Source: a bacterium
Lineage (GTDB): Bacteria; RBG-13-61-14; DATKZS01
NCBI GenBank assembly: GCA_963674965.2
Contig: CAXXFL010000001.1
Span: forward strand, 288,001-352,000
Direction of reading: 5' to 3'
DNA: 64,000 nt
In this document: positions 1 to 9,023 of the stretch, piece after piece
Layout of the letters: every line of letters begins with the position of its first letter
How positions within the stretch are numbered: the stretch's first letter is position 1
Notes under the pieces: model-generated
Databases searched by the model: none
Told to the model about the DNA's origin: nothing
What the model saw: only the letters and a program-made list of their open reading frames with translations
Translations under genes and position numbers: made by a program

Positions 1-781
1 CGAGCCTCGAGGTCTGCTCGAGGACCTCGGCGGTGAGGATGGTCCATTTTCCGGCCTGGTAAGCCTCGACCGCCTCCTCGAGCCTCCCGGCCGAGCGGTA
101 AAGGTCTCCCGCCTGGCGGGCCAGCAGACGAAGGGGCATGCTGTCCCTGGCCGAGAGGTCGTCGGGCAGCCGGGCTTTCTCCTGGCCGTGACATCTCCAT
201 ACCGCGTCGGCCGCCTTGGCGTGGTTCTGGCTTTTCTCGAACATGCGGGAGGCCCGGCGATAAAGACCAAGGTCAAGATAAATCCTGGCCGACCGCTCGT
301 TGTCGCCCGCCTTCTCGAAGGTCTCGGCCGCCTTGACCGCGTCTCCCGCCACGAGGTAGGCCTCGGCCGCTTGAGCGTGCTTTTGCACCTGCATGAAAAG
401 AGAGGCGGCCCGGGCGTAGTCCTTGCTCTCGAGCCAGGCCTCGGCCGCGCGGTCCACGTTCTTGGCCTTTAAGTAACTCTCGGCCGCCTTGAAGAAGTTC
501 CCGCCTTTTTTATAGAGCTCGGCCGCTTCCTCGAACCTCTCGAGGTGCAGGTTCAGGTCCCCCGCCAGGCGATAGGCCTCGACCTTGGTCAGCTCGCCGG
601 CCTTTTTCTCGATCCAGGCCTTGCTCTTCCCCTCGAGGTTGATCTGCGTCTCGTACTCGGCGAGCTTCTGGTCGCGCCTGTAAACGATAAGGAACAAGAT
701 GGCGAGAAGCAGCACGCACACGCCGGAGGCGGCGAGCAGGGTCGAGTAATCCACGACGGGGATGAGCTGGGAAAGGTTCAA
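1..781 (-). CDS. Membrane-anchored TPR/alpha-solenoid repeat protein (runs off window start)
   Basis: Not in ORF track because its stop is outside the window. Manual translation from TTG at 781 (TTGA overlap with the queH stop) gives MNLSQLIPVVDYSTLLAASGVCVLLLAILFLIVYRR (one TM helix), then ~13-aa repeats such as EAAELYKKGGNFF/KAAESYLKAKNVD/RAAEAWLESKDYA/KAAETFEKAGDNE. Frame open to position 1. Confidence 0.75.
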   Translation of the reverse strand, partial: MNLSQLIPVVDYSTLLAASGVCVLLLAILFLIVYRRDQKLAEYETQINLEGKSKAWIEKKAGELTKVEAYRLAGDLNLHLERFEEAAELYKKGGNFFKAAESYLKAKNVDRAAEAWLESKDYARAASLFMQVQKHAQAAEAYLVAGDAVKAAETFEKAGDNERSARIYLDLGLYRRASRMFEKSQNHAKAADAVWRCHGQEKARLPDDLSARDSMPLRLLARQAGDLYRSAGRLEEAVEAYQAGKWTILTAEVLEQTSRL

Positions 782-1344
782 TTGAGCCCCTCCCCTTCGC
801 GGGGGGGAGGCCCGAGAAACCTGTCCCTCTCGCTGTAAACGCAGCCGCAATATTGCTGCCGGTAAAGGCCCATCTCCTTGCTCGACTGGATGCCGGCTTT
901 CCAGCCCGTCCTGAAATCGCGGTAAAGGAACTTGACCCCGGCCTCCTCCGCCGCGGCCTCCGCCATGTCGCGTATCTTCTCGTGCTTTTGTTGCCTCGAG
1001 TATAAAAGAGTCGTCGTGAAGGCGTCGAACTTGCCCTTTCTCGCTATCCGGGCCGCGGCCTCGAGTCTTTTCCCGTAACAGAGAGTGCATCTTTGGGATT
1101 CGCGAAAAACGACCATCCGGAGCCATTCTTCCAGGTTGTAACCCGGGTCCTCGATCAGGGGCAGCCCCTTTTTCAGGGCCAGGGTCCTGACCGCCTCGAG
1201 CCGTCTTTCGAATTCCTGGTAGGGATGGACGTTGGGATTATAAAAATAAAGATGCAAAGACGCGCCCTCCGCCGTCAGGGCGTCCACCGGATAGGCCGCG
1301 CAGGGACCGCAGCAACAGTGGACGAGGACCCGGAGACGCTTCAC
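778..1344 (-). CDS. queH: Epoxyqueuosine reductase QueH
   Basis: VHCCCGPC, YFYNPNVHP-EF-RR, RC-LCY-RLE, FTTTL and YRQQYCGCVYS motifs. Start at GTG 1344 (GTGA overlap with upstream stop) or ATG 1350. Confidence 0.9.
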   Translation of the reverse strand: MKRLRVLVHCCCGPCAAYPVDALTAEGASLHLYFYNPNVHPYQEFERRLEAVRTLALKKGLPLIEDPGYNLEEWLRMVVFRESQRCTLCYGKRLEAAARIARKGKFDAFTTTLLYSRQQKHEKIRDMAEAAAEEAGVKFLYRDFRTGWKAGIQSSKEMGLYRQQYCGCVYSERDRFLGPPPREGEGLN

Positions 1345-3095
1345 TTCCATATAGGGACTCCCAGACAATAAAGGGCCGCCAGCGCCGCCCCCAGCGCGAT
1401 AACGTTGAGGGCCGATAAAAAGCCGTTGGCCACGAAGAGCCTTTTTTCCTTGCCCTCGCTCCCTCTCGAGGTAAGGAAACCCAGCGTGAAGGACATGAGC
1501 GAGACGAGTATTCCCGCCGTTGCCCCCATGCTCAGGGCCCTGGCGCCGGAGAACCAGAAATGGCCCGAGGAGGCGGCGAATAGAGGGGTAAGGGCGAAGT
1601 TGACGGGCCCGGCCACCAGACAGATAAAGAGGGCGAGGTAAACGGGCCTTGACCGGTGCGACAGTAGCAGGTATCCCATCTCCTGGGTCTTGCAGGACCG
1701 GCAGGATTTTCCCTCCTCGAGGATGGACCCGCACGACGGGCATCTCGGGTCCCCCTGCTTGCGCGTGATCCTGGCGCCCTCGATCCGGGCCCCGGTAAGG
1801 TCGGCGCCCGTCATCTCGACGTCCTCGAGGGTCGCGTCGCTCAGGTTGGCGCCGGTCATGGTGGCCTTTTCCATGACGGCGGCCTTCATGGTGGTCCTGC
1901 TCAGGTTCGCGTTTTGCAAGTTGGCGTGCTTTAAAAAGGCCCGGTCGAGCCTGGCGCCCGAGAAGTTCGCGCCCCTGGCGTTGGCCCGGTCGAGCGTCGC
2001 TCCGGTCAGGTTCGCCCCCGCCAATCCCGCCTTATGGAGGTTGGCGACCTTTAACGTGGCCAGGCTCAGGTCGGCCCCCGCCAGGTTGGCCCCGGAAAGG
2101 TCGCCGCCCGAGAGGTCCGCGCTTTTGAGGTTGGACTGGCTGAGGTCCATGCCCGTCAGCTTTATTCCCAGGGCTATGGCCTCCTCCAAGTCGGGGTTAA
2201 CCAGTCGGCATTCCTCCAACTCGGCCCCCGTGAGGTCGGCCTTGTAAAAGCCGCAGGAGATGAAGTCGGAACCCCGGAAATTAGACCCTTTAAGCTTGGC
2301 GCCAGCGAACTGAACGCCCATGAAGCCGGCCTTCTCCGCCTTGGCCCCCGCCAGGTCCGCGTCGGTCAAATCAACCGTCTGCCATTGGGCCTCGTTAAGC
2401 GAGGCGTCTTTAAAATCGCACCCGTCCAAAAGGGACTCGCGTAGGACGGACCCGGTGAGGTCGGCCCCCTCGAGGAACGCGCCCGGCGCGTCGAGACCCT
2501 TCGCCTTCAGCCCCCTTAAATTGGCGGACCGCAACGAGGCCCCCGCCAATAAGGCCGAGTCGAGCCTGGCGCCCTCCAATTTCGCGTCTTGCAGGTGAGC
2601 CTCGGAGAGGTCGACGCCGGACAGGTCCATCCCCGAGAGGTCCACCTCGGCCAGGGAGGAACCAACCAGCCTGGCGCCCTTGAAAAGCGAGGGCGATACC
2701 GTCGCGCCCGTAAGATCGGCCCCCTCGAGAGACGAGCCGGAAATCTCCAGACCCTGGAGGTTGACGCCCCTTAAAAGGCAGCGGGCAAAGTTACCGTTGT
2801 TGATCTTGGCCTCGTCGAGCGCCGCTCCCTCCAGGACCGCCGCCTCGGCCTCGCAGTTTTTGAGGACGCTTCCGGAAAGCACGGCGTTTCTGAGAACGGC
2901 CTTATTCAGAACGCAATCGCGGAAAAGGGCCCCCTCCAGGTCGGCGAAGGAAAGGTCGGCCTCGCTGAAGTCGCACTTGTCGAACACGGCTTTCCTGAGA
3001 AATATCCGGGACATGTCCCGGCCGGAAAAGGATTCCTCCCTCACGGTTTCGCCGCGTTTGATTTTTTCTTCCAGCTCTTTAAATTCTTCTTCCAA
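1341..3095 (-). CDS. Long pentapeptide-repeat protein with C-terminal zinc ribbon and transmembrane helices
   Basis: About 420 aa of A(D/N)Lxx repeats, then CPSCG...CRSC, then three hydrophobic segments. Confidence 0.85.
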   Translation of the reverse strand: MEEEFKELEEKIKRGETVREESFSGRDMSRIFLRKAVFDKCDFSEADLSFADLEGALFRDCVLNKAVLRNAVLSGSVLKNCEAEAAVLEGAALDEAKINNGNFARCLLRGVNLQGLEISGSSLEGADLTGATVSPSLFKGARLVGSSLAEVDLSGMDLSGVDLSEAHLQDAKLEGARLDSALLAGASLRSANLRGLKAKGLDAPGAFLEGADLTGSVLRESLLDGCDFKDASLNEAQWQTVDLTDADLAGAKAEKAGFMGVQFAGAKLKGSNFRGSDFISCGFYKADLTGAELEECRLVNPDLEEAIALGIKLTGMDLSQSNLKSADLSGGDLSGANLAGADLSLATLKVANLHKAGLAGANLTGATLDRANARGANFSGARLDRAFLKHANLQNANLSRTTMKAAVMEKATMTGANLSDATLEDVEMTGADLTGARIEGARITRKQGDPRCPSCGSILEEGKSCRSCKTQEMGYLLLSHRSRPVYLALFICLVAGPVNFALTPLFAASSGHFWFSGARALSMGATAGILVSLMSFTLGFLTSRGSEGKEKRLFVANGFLSALNVIALGAALAALYCLGVPIWK

Positions 3096-3275
3096 GACCC
3101 GTACTCTATCGGACCGACTCGCCTTTTTCTTCTTGCGCGGGAGTAAATCATCCCTAATCGGCCCAGTTTAAAATTATAGCACGCCGGCGAAAGGCGCAAA
3201 ACTTAGTGAAGTTCCCCCATTTTTTCAGACCTTGGGATGTACGTCTCGTGGCGGTCTGTAAACAAATCGAAGGCC

Positions 3276-3490
3276 AAGCCCGAAGGGCTTTAACATGAGT
3301 AGCCGCAGGCGCCAGCCTACGGGAGGCGTGGCCAAAAATTCTTCCCCGCCCCTGAAAGGGGCGAACCTTGCCGGGCGTAGGCAATACACGTCGCCGTTGG
3401 TCCGGCCCTTTCAGGGCCGAAGAATAGTTTCAAGCCATCCTTTCCGTAGGCTGGCGCCTGCGGCTATTCGAATTTCCCCCTTTCAGGGGG
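3276..3490. repeat. Nested-palindrome REP/MITE-like element
   Basis: Perfect 23-bp inverted repeat (3300-3322 vs 3444-3466) plus four short hairpins at 3276-3290, 3347-3363, 3403-3419 and 3476-3490. Confidence 0.8.
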
Positions 3491-3778
3491 AGGAGGCCGC
3501 GTCCGTTTCAGCGGCGCCCCAGACCATCCGCGCGAGGAGGCGACGGTTGATTTTCACCTCGAGCGGAGGACAACTTGCCGAATGAAAAAAGTAACCAAGA
3601 GCGAAACGGTCAAAATTGGGAGAAGTTCCGGCAAAACTTATCCCCCGCGATAAGAACGCGTAACTGGTATCGAAGTTTCTCTGGCCGCGGCTAAGCCGGG
3701 AATTAGATGGACCCGGGGGAGGGTCAAGGTGTATACTGGAAAAAAAACGGGGGCACGCCTCGATTAAAGGAATTGCAA

Positions 3779-4324
3779 ATGAATAAGGACCAGGCGATAA
3801 GGCTTATGGAGGAGAGGATCAAGAACAAGAACCTCAGGAAACACGTCCTGGCGGTGGCCGCCGTTATGAAGCGTCTGGCGGCCCATTTCCAGGAGGACGA
3901 GGAAAAATGGGAGGTGGTGGGGCTGCTCCACGACCTGGACTACGAGGAGACCGCCGACGACCCCGGCCGGCACGGTCTGGTCAGCGCCGAGTGGCTCGAG
4001 CAAATGGGCGTCGAGTCCGACGTGGTAAACGCGGTCAAGGCCCACGCGGACAAGGCCCCTCGCGACTCGATGATGGACAAGGCCGTCTACTGCTCGGACC
4101 CGGTTACGGGTTTCCTGGTGGCCTGCGCTTTAATCCATCCGGACAAATCCCTCGAGCCCATTGACGTGGAATTCGCCTTGAAGAGGATCAAGGAGAAGCG
4201 CTTCGCCGCCGGCGCCAGCCGTGAGCGCATGGCGTCCTGTTCCGAGCTCGGCCTTTCCATGGAGGAGTTCATGGGTATTGCCCTCGAGGCGATGAGGGAC
4301 AGCCGGAAGGTCCTCGGGCTTTAA
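3779..4324 (+). CDS. HD/HDIG-domain metal-dependent phosphohydrolase
   Basis: NLRKH-LAV, GLLHDLDYE, HG, AH and FAAGASRE motifs. ATG 3779 preferred as start. Confidence 0.85.
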   Translation: MNKDQAIRLMEERIKNKNLRKHVLAVAAVMKRLAAHFQEDEEKWEVVGLLHDLDYEETADDPGRHGLVSAEWLEQMGVESDVVNAVKAHADKAPRDSMMDKAVYCSDPVTGFLVACALIHPDKSLEPIDVEFALKRIKEKRFAAGASRERMASCSELGLSMEEFMGIALEAMRDSRKVLGL

Positions 4325-4386
4325 CGGGCGTTCCAGCCGCTTGGCGCCTGTTGCCCGCAAAGGGAGAATGGCGGTACAATATCCTT

Positions 4387-5538
4387 ATGAGCGAAGATGG
4401 ACAGGGTGAGGACGTAATATCTCTTGACGAGGTATTTCCCGACGACGAGACCATCAGCCTGACCCTCTCGGCCGAGGAGTGGGAAGTCATCATACTTCTG
4501 GCCGAGCTTGGAGGCTCGGGCTCGGTAAGGCTCCTGCGCGAGAAGTCGGGGATGGTCGAGGACGGCTTTAACTCTCTGGTTTCCTCACTTATCGAGCGGG
4601 GCATCGCGGCGCGGGGGGTCTCCGAGTCTCCCTCCGAGGCGGTAAAAAGCGCCCCCGACGCCGAGGTCGAGGCTTACCTCGAGTATCTTCAGGACCTAAA
4701 TTACTACCAGATACTCCAGCTTGACGCGGAGTCCGACCTGGGCGACGTGAGGCGCTCGTACTTTCGGCTCATGCGCGAGTACCATCCCGACCGCTTCATG
4801 AAGGAGCAGAACCTTAAAAACCGGGAGAACCTCAAAGAAATTTTCCGCATCTTGACGAGGGCTTACGAGACCCTTTCCGAGCCGGAGGCAAGGAGGGAGT
4901 ACGATCTTTCCATCCCCGACTTCACGGGGGTGTACGAGAAAGAGGACGAGCAGGCTTTCGAGGCCCTCTGGACGGGCGGGACCGACGTGGGTCCTCTTCC
5001 CGAGAAGAACCCCGAGCTGGCCCGAAGCTTTTTCGAGAGCGCCCTCGAGGACTTCCAGCGGGAGGATTACGCGGCGGCGGAGCTGAATTTCAAGCTGGCC
5101 TTGTCCCTGGACTCGGAGGTTGCGGACTACAAGTCGGGCCTGGCCAAGACGCGCCGCATACTCAACAAGGACAAGGCCCGGGAGTTGGCCGTAAAGGCCC
5201 TCTATTACGAGGAGGAGGACAAACACGGCCAGGCGGCCAGGGCCATGGCCAGGGCGGCCGAGCTCGATCCCGAGGTGGCCGAGTACCGCTATGACCTGGC
5301 CCGCATACTCGAGAGCCACCTTGACGACCCGCAGGCGGCCAGAATGAACATCCTCCTCGCCCTGGACCGAAAGCCCGGCAAGATCGACTATCTTCTGCTG
5401 TTCGGCAAGATTCAGGAAAAGCTGGGAGAAATCCCCGACGCCAGAAGGACCTTCAAGAAGATATTGTCCCTGGATAAAAACAACGCCCAGGCCCAAAAGG
5501 CCCTTGGCAATATCGAAAAGAAAGCCAAGAACAAGTAA
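4387..5538 (+). CDS. DnaJ-domain (HPD) protein with C-terminal TPRs
   Basis: NYYQILQL...YHPDRF...AYETLSEPEARREYD J-domain followed by TPR-like helices. Confidence 0.85.
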   Translation: MSEDGQGEDVISLDEVFPDDETISLTLSAEEWEVIILLAELGGSGSVRLLREKSGMVEDGFNSLVSSLIERGIAARGVSESPSEAVKSAPDAEVEAYLEYLQDLNYYQILQLDAESDLGDVRRSYFRLMREYHPDRFMKEQNLKNRENLKEIFRILTRAYETLSEPEARREYDLSIPDFTGVYEKEDEQAFEALWTGGTDVGPLPEKNPELARSFFESALEDFQREDYAAAELNFKLALSLDSEVADYKSGLAKTRRILNKDKARELAVKALYYEEEDKHGQAARAMARAAELDPEVAEYRYDLARILESHLDDPQAARMNILLALDRKPGKIDYLLLFGKIQEKLGEIPDARRTFKKILSLDKNNAQAQKALGNIEKKAKNK

Positions 5539-5561
5539 AGCGCTCCCGGCGGCGCGGGGAC

Positions 5562-6320
5562 CTAGGCCGGGGCCTTCCCATTATCGACTATTTCCCGGAG
5601 TTTGGCCGGATGGTCGGTAATGATTCCCTCCACTCCCAGGCCCAGCATCCTTTTCATCTCCTCTTCCCCGTTCACTCCCCAGGGCATGACCTTGATGCCT
5701 CTTTTGCGCTGGCGGGCCATGTATTCCTCGTCCACCTGGTAGGGCTGGGGGTGCTTGGAATAGGGCTTCAAAAAGGGCGCGAACCATATCCTGCGAAGGA
5801 GCAGAATGGGGTCGGAAATATAGTTCGAGCCCATTCGGATACGGGGCTCGAGCGCGGCCACTCTCTTGAGGATCACCGGGTTGAAGCTCGAGATGATTAC
5901 CGAGTCGATAAGCCCCCGTTCCCTTATCAGGGCCACGACGACTTTCTCGATGCCCTCGCAAAAGGGGTTGGGCCCTTTAAGCTCGACGTCGAGTATCATG
6001 TCCTTGCCGTAGTAATCGAGTACCTCCTCGAGGCGGGGGATGCGCTCGCCGGCGAAGCGGGGATGGAAATGGCTTCCCACGTCGAGCCTCTCGAGGGCGG
6101 CCAGGGTCATGGACTTGACCGCCCCTCTTCCCCCGGCGATCCGGTGTAAGGTCATGTCGTGAACCACCACGGGCGCCCCGTCCCGGGTCAACATGACGTC
6201 AACCTCGAACCCGTGCATGCCCGCGGCCTTGGCCTTCTCGAAGGCGGGCCAGGTGTTTTCAGGCGCCTCTCCCCCGGCGCCCCTGTGTCCCAGGAGAAGA
6301 GGAGTTGGAAAGTCCGTCAT
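5562..6320 (-). CDS. Glycerophosphodiester phosphodiesterase (UgpQ-like)
   Basis: GHRGA...PENT, EVDV-LTRDG, VVHD, ELK, SSFN and GIITDHP motifs. Confidence 0.9.
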   Translation of the reverse strand: MTDFPTPLLLGHRGAGGEAPENTWPAFEKAKAAGMHGFEVDVMLTRDGAPVVVHDMTLHRIAGGRGAVKSMTLAALERLDVGSHFHPRFAGERIPRLEEVLDYYGKDMILDVELKGPNPFCEGIEKVVVALIRERGLIDSVIISSFNPVILKRVAALEPRIRMGSNYISDPILLLRRIWFAPFLKPYSKHPQPYQVDEEYMARQRKRGIKVMPWGVNGEEEMKRMLGLGVEGIITDHPAKLREIVDNGKAPA

Positions 6321-6340
6321 CTAGCTAGTTCAAACCTCCG

Positions 6341-6805
6341 CTAATTTTCCACCTCGACGATCAACTCGACCGCCACCGAGGCCCCGGCGGGCAGCTCGGC
6401 CATGCCCTGGGCCATGCGGGCGTGTTTGCCCTTTTCACCGAAAATCTCGACCAGGACCTCGCTGGCCCCGTTTATTACCCCGGGCTGGCCCGTAAAACCG
6501 GGCGCCGAATAAACGCTTCCCGTCAGCTTGACCACCCTTTTCACTTTATCAAGGTCCCCGAGAAGTTCCTTGAGGACGCTGACCGCGTTAAGCGTCGCCA
6601 GACGAGCGGCGTCCCTGGCTTTCTCCACCGAGACCTCCGAGTCGACCCGACCTTGACAGCGCGTCTCGTCGCCAAAGCGGGGCAGTTGCCCGGAAACGAA
6701 AACCAGTCCCCCCGCCTTGACCGCCGGGACGTAGGCCCCCATTGGAGACGGGGCGGGCGGCAGTTCTATCCCTTTTTCCTTAAGCCTCTTCTCGATTTCA
6801 GACAA
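6341..6805 (-). CDS. RidA/YjgF family protein
   Basis: YVPAVKAGGLVFVSGQLP, NGASE and HARMA-G-ELP motifs. TTG start at 6805 behind a GAGGAGG RBS. Confidence 0.9.
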   Translation of the reverse strand: MSEIEKRLKEKGIELPPAPSPMGAYVPAVKAGGLVFVSGQLPRFGDETRCQGRVDSEVSVEKARDAARLATLNAVSVLKELLGDLDKVKRVVKLTGSVYSAPGFTGQPGVINGASEVLVEIFGEKGKHARMAQGMAELPAGASVAVELIVEVEN

Positions 6806-6954
6806 TGGATAATCCCTCCTCGCGCCGGAAGGCAAGATAATGTAAATTATACAACGCAAGGACGGACCGCGCCAGAGGCGGATGAAAAGCTTCCTTCCAA
6901 CCCGACTTTGAGCGGAAGCCCCGGGGGCTCGTCTAACCATTACGAGAGTCGATC

Positions 6955-7575
6955 ATGGACAAAGACGAAAAAAGACTGATAAAGCGGGCCCTGGCGGGCG
7001 ACGAGGAAGCCCGCTCGGAGATGGTAAAGACGAACTGGGCCATGGCCCGCCGGGTCATCCTCAACGTCACCCGCCGCCCGGACCTGGTGGACGACCTCTG
7101 CCAGGAGGCGTTTCTCCAGGCCTTCAGAAAATTGGGCAAGTTCAGGGGCCACTCGAAATTCTCCACCTGGCTTTACCGCGTATGCGTCAACGTTTCGATC
7201 GACGCCCTCAAAAAGGAAGACGCGACGCGGAGGACCAGGGACGCCGCCCTCGAGCTTGGCGATCTTCCCGACGTCATTATCGTCAAGCCGCCCAGAAGCG
7301 GTGAAAGACTTCTGCTCGACAAGGAGATGCAGGCGCGGGTATCGAGGGCCATACTGAACATTTCAGCCAAGTCCCGCGCCATTCTTTCCCTCCGCTACGT
7401 CGAGGAACTTTCCACGCCGGAGATATCCAGGATGCTGGACATCCCCGAGGGCACGGCGCGCTCGAGGCTATACTACGCGAGACTCGAGCTGGCCGACGCC
7501 TTGTCCGACTACATCGGGCCGGGCGAGGCGTCCGCCTTGAAAAGGGGTAAGAAAGATGCTCGGAAAGAAACCTGA
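6955..7575 (+). CDS. ECF RNA polymerase sigma factor
   Basis: DDLCQEAFLQAFRKLGKFRG-SKFSTWLYR (region 2) and EISRMLDIPEGTARSRL (region 4). Confidence 0.92.
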   Translation: MDKDEKRLIKRALAGDEEARSEMVKTNWAMARRVILNVTRRPDLVDDLCQEAFLQAFRKLGKFRGHSKFSTWLYRVCVNVSIDALKKEDATRRTRDAALELGDLPDVIIVKPPRSGERLLLDKEMQARVSRAILNISAKSRAILSLRYVEELSTPEISRMLDIPEGTARSRLYYARLELADALSDYIGPGEASALKRGKKDARKET

Positions 7576-8038
7576 AGACGAGGCCCTGGAGCTTGTCCGG
7601 TCGTATCTGGACGGGGACCTGGGACTCGAGGGAATGGACGGACTTGAAAAAGTCCTCGAGCGAAGGCCGGAGCTTGCCGTGGACCTGGCCCGTCTCGAGA
7701 TGGCCCTGTCCGTTTTTTCTTCAACATCTCCGGCCGGCGGAAACTTCGAGCCGCCTCCGGGCCTGGCGCGCAAAATCGCGAGCGAGTCTTTGGCCGCGCC
7801 TTCCCCTCGCCGCTTTTGGCGGACGGCGGCGGCGGGCATAGCCGCGGCGGCCCTGGTCCTGGCCGCGATTTGGGGCTTCTCGGGTCATCGGAAAAACTCG
7901 GGTCCGAAGGAAATGAACGAGATAAGGCTGGGTACTATCCACTACAGCGGCCCGGGAGTCGAGCTTCTTCTCCAGGAGGACCAGTTCATTCTCCACAGCG
8001 ACGGCGCGGGGAAACGGGGCATTGACCTTAAACTCTAA
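7556..8038 (+). CDS. Putative single-pass anti-sigma factor
   Basis: Overlaps the sigma gene end. N-terminal YLDGDL anti-sigma-like helix and one TM segment. Confidence 0.7.
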   Translation: MLGKKPEDEALELVRSYLDGDLGLEGMDGLEKVLERRPELAVDLARLEMALSVFSSTSPAGGNFEPPPGLARKIASESLAAPSPRRFWRTAAAGIAAAALVLAAIWGFSGHRKNSGPKEMNEIRLGTIHYSGPGVELLLQEDQFILHSDGAGKRGIDLKL

Positions 8039-8996
8039 ATATCCGCTCGCCTTGCTGGCGACGCTTATAATTCCCACGCTGATTTTCGCCGGCCAGGCGC
8101 CGAGCGTGATGCAAAGGGGAGGGCTCGTTATCGAGCGCGGCCGGACCGTTAAGGACGCGGTCGTCGCCGACGGCGACCTGGCCGTGAGGGGCCGGGTCGA
8201 GGGGTCCGTATTCGTTGTCAACGGCGACGCGCTGATCGAGGACGACGGAACGGTTGGCGGCAACGTCACGGTGGTGGGTGGTAACGTTTCCCTTTCCCAG
8301 CGCGCCGCGGTGCAAGGATCGGTAACGGTCTTTTCCGGCTTGGCTCGGGTGGAGGGCGAGGCTCGGGTGCTGGGCGATACGCGGTCCATCGAGGACCTCT
8401 CGACGCTTACCGACGAGAAGCTCTCCGTAATAAGCGAGTATCTTATATTCGAGCGGGTGACGCCTGCCGGCGATTTTCCATTTTCCGAGCTTAGTGAAAT
8501 GGACCTTTCACGCTGCGGGCTAAGGCCAGCGGGCACGGACGTTCCCCGTAAGCTTGACCTTTACAGGCTGGGCAAAGTCTTACCGCCCGAGGACTCGATA
8601 AAGGAGGCTCGGGAATTGGAGTTTCGGGCTAAAAATATCCGGGTCAAAGTCCTGGCTATTAAAGTCGCCGGCCAGGCTGAAGCGGAAGAGGTATGGGAGA
8701 GTATCCGGGAGGGCCGGGAGGAAAAGGCGACGAACTCGGTTCACAACTCCCTCGGGGACGGCGCCCACTGGTTTTTCAGGTCCAAGGGATCGTGCGTTGG
8801 GGCCTGGACGCGGGGCGAGTATATTTTCGTCGTCATCGCCCGTCACGACAAGGAGAACCTGAAAGAGGAGGAATGGAAAGACCTGGAGCTTATTCGGGAC
8901 GCCGCGGTCATGGAGCTAAAGCGGGGTCTTTTGGCCAAAGAAGCTCTGGTCCGGACAACGGAAGAGATGGGCGTCCGGCCATCTCAGACGCCATAA
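8022..8996 (+). CDS. Exported protein with bactofilin/polymer-forming-like beta-helix repeats plus C-terminal domain
   Basis: Signal peptide, then repeats GRVEGSVFVVNGD / GTVGGNVTVVGGN / AVQGSVTVFSG. Confidence 0.65.
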   Translation: MTLNSKYPLALLATLIIPTLIFAGQAPSVMQRGGLVIERGRTVKDAVVADGDLAVRGRVEGSVFVVNGDALIEDDGTVGGNVTVVGGNVSLSQRAAVQGSVTVFSGLARVEGEARVLGDTRSIEDLSTLTDEKLSVISEYLIFERVTPAGDFPFSELSEMDLSRCGLRPAGTDVPRKLDLYRLGKVLPPEDSIKEARELEFRAKNIRVKVLAIKVAGQAEAEEVWESIREGREEKATNSVHNSLGDGAHWFFRSKGSCVGAWTRGEYIFVVIARHDKENLKEEEWKDLELIRDAAVMELKRGLLAKEALVRTTEEMGVRPSQTP

Positions 8997-9023
8997 TAAC
9001 GTTCTCGCAAGGAGGAGAAGCGA

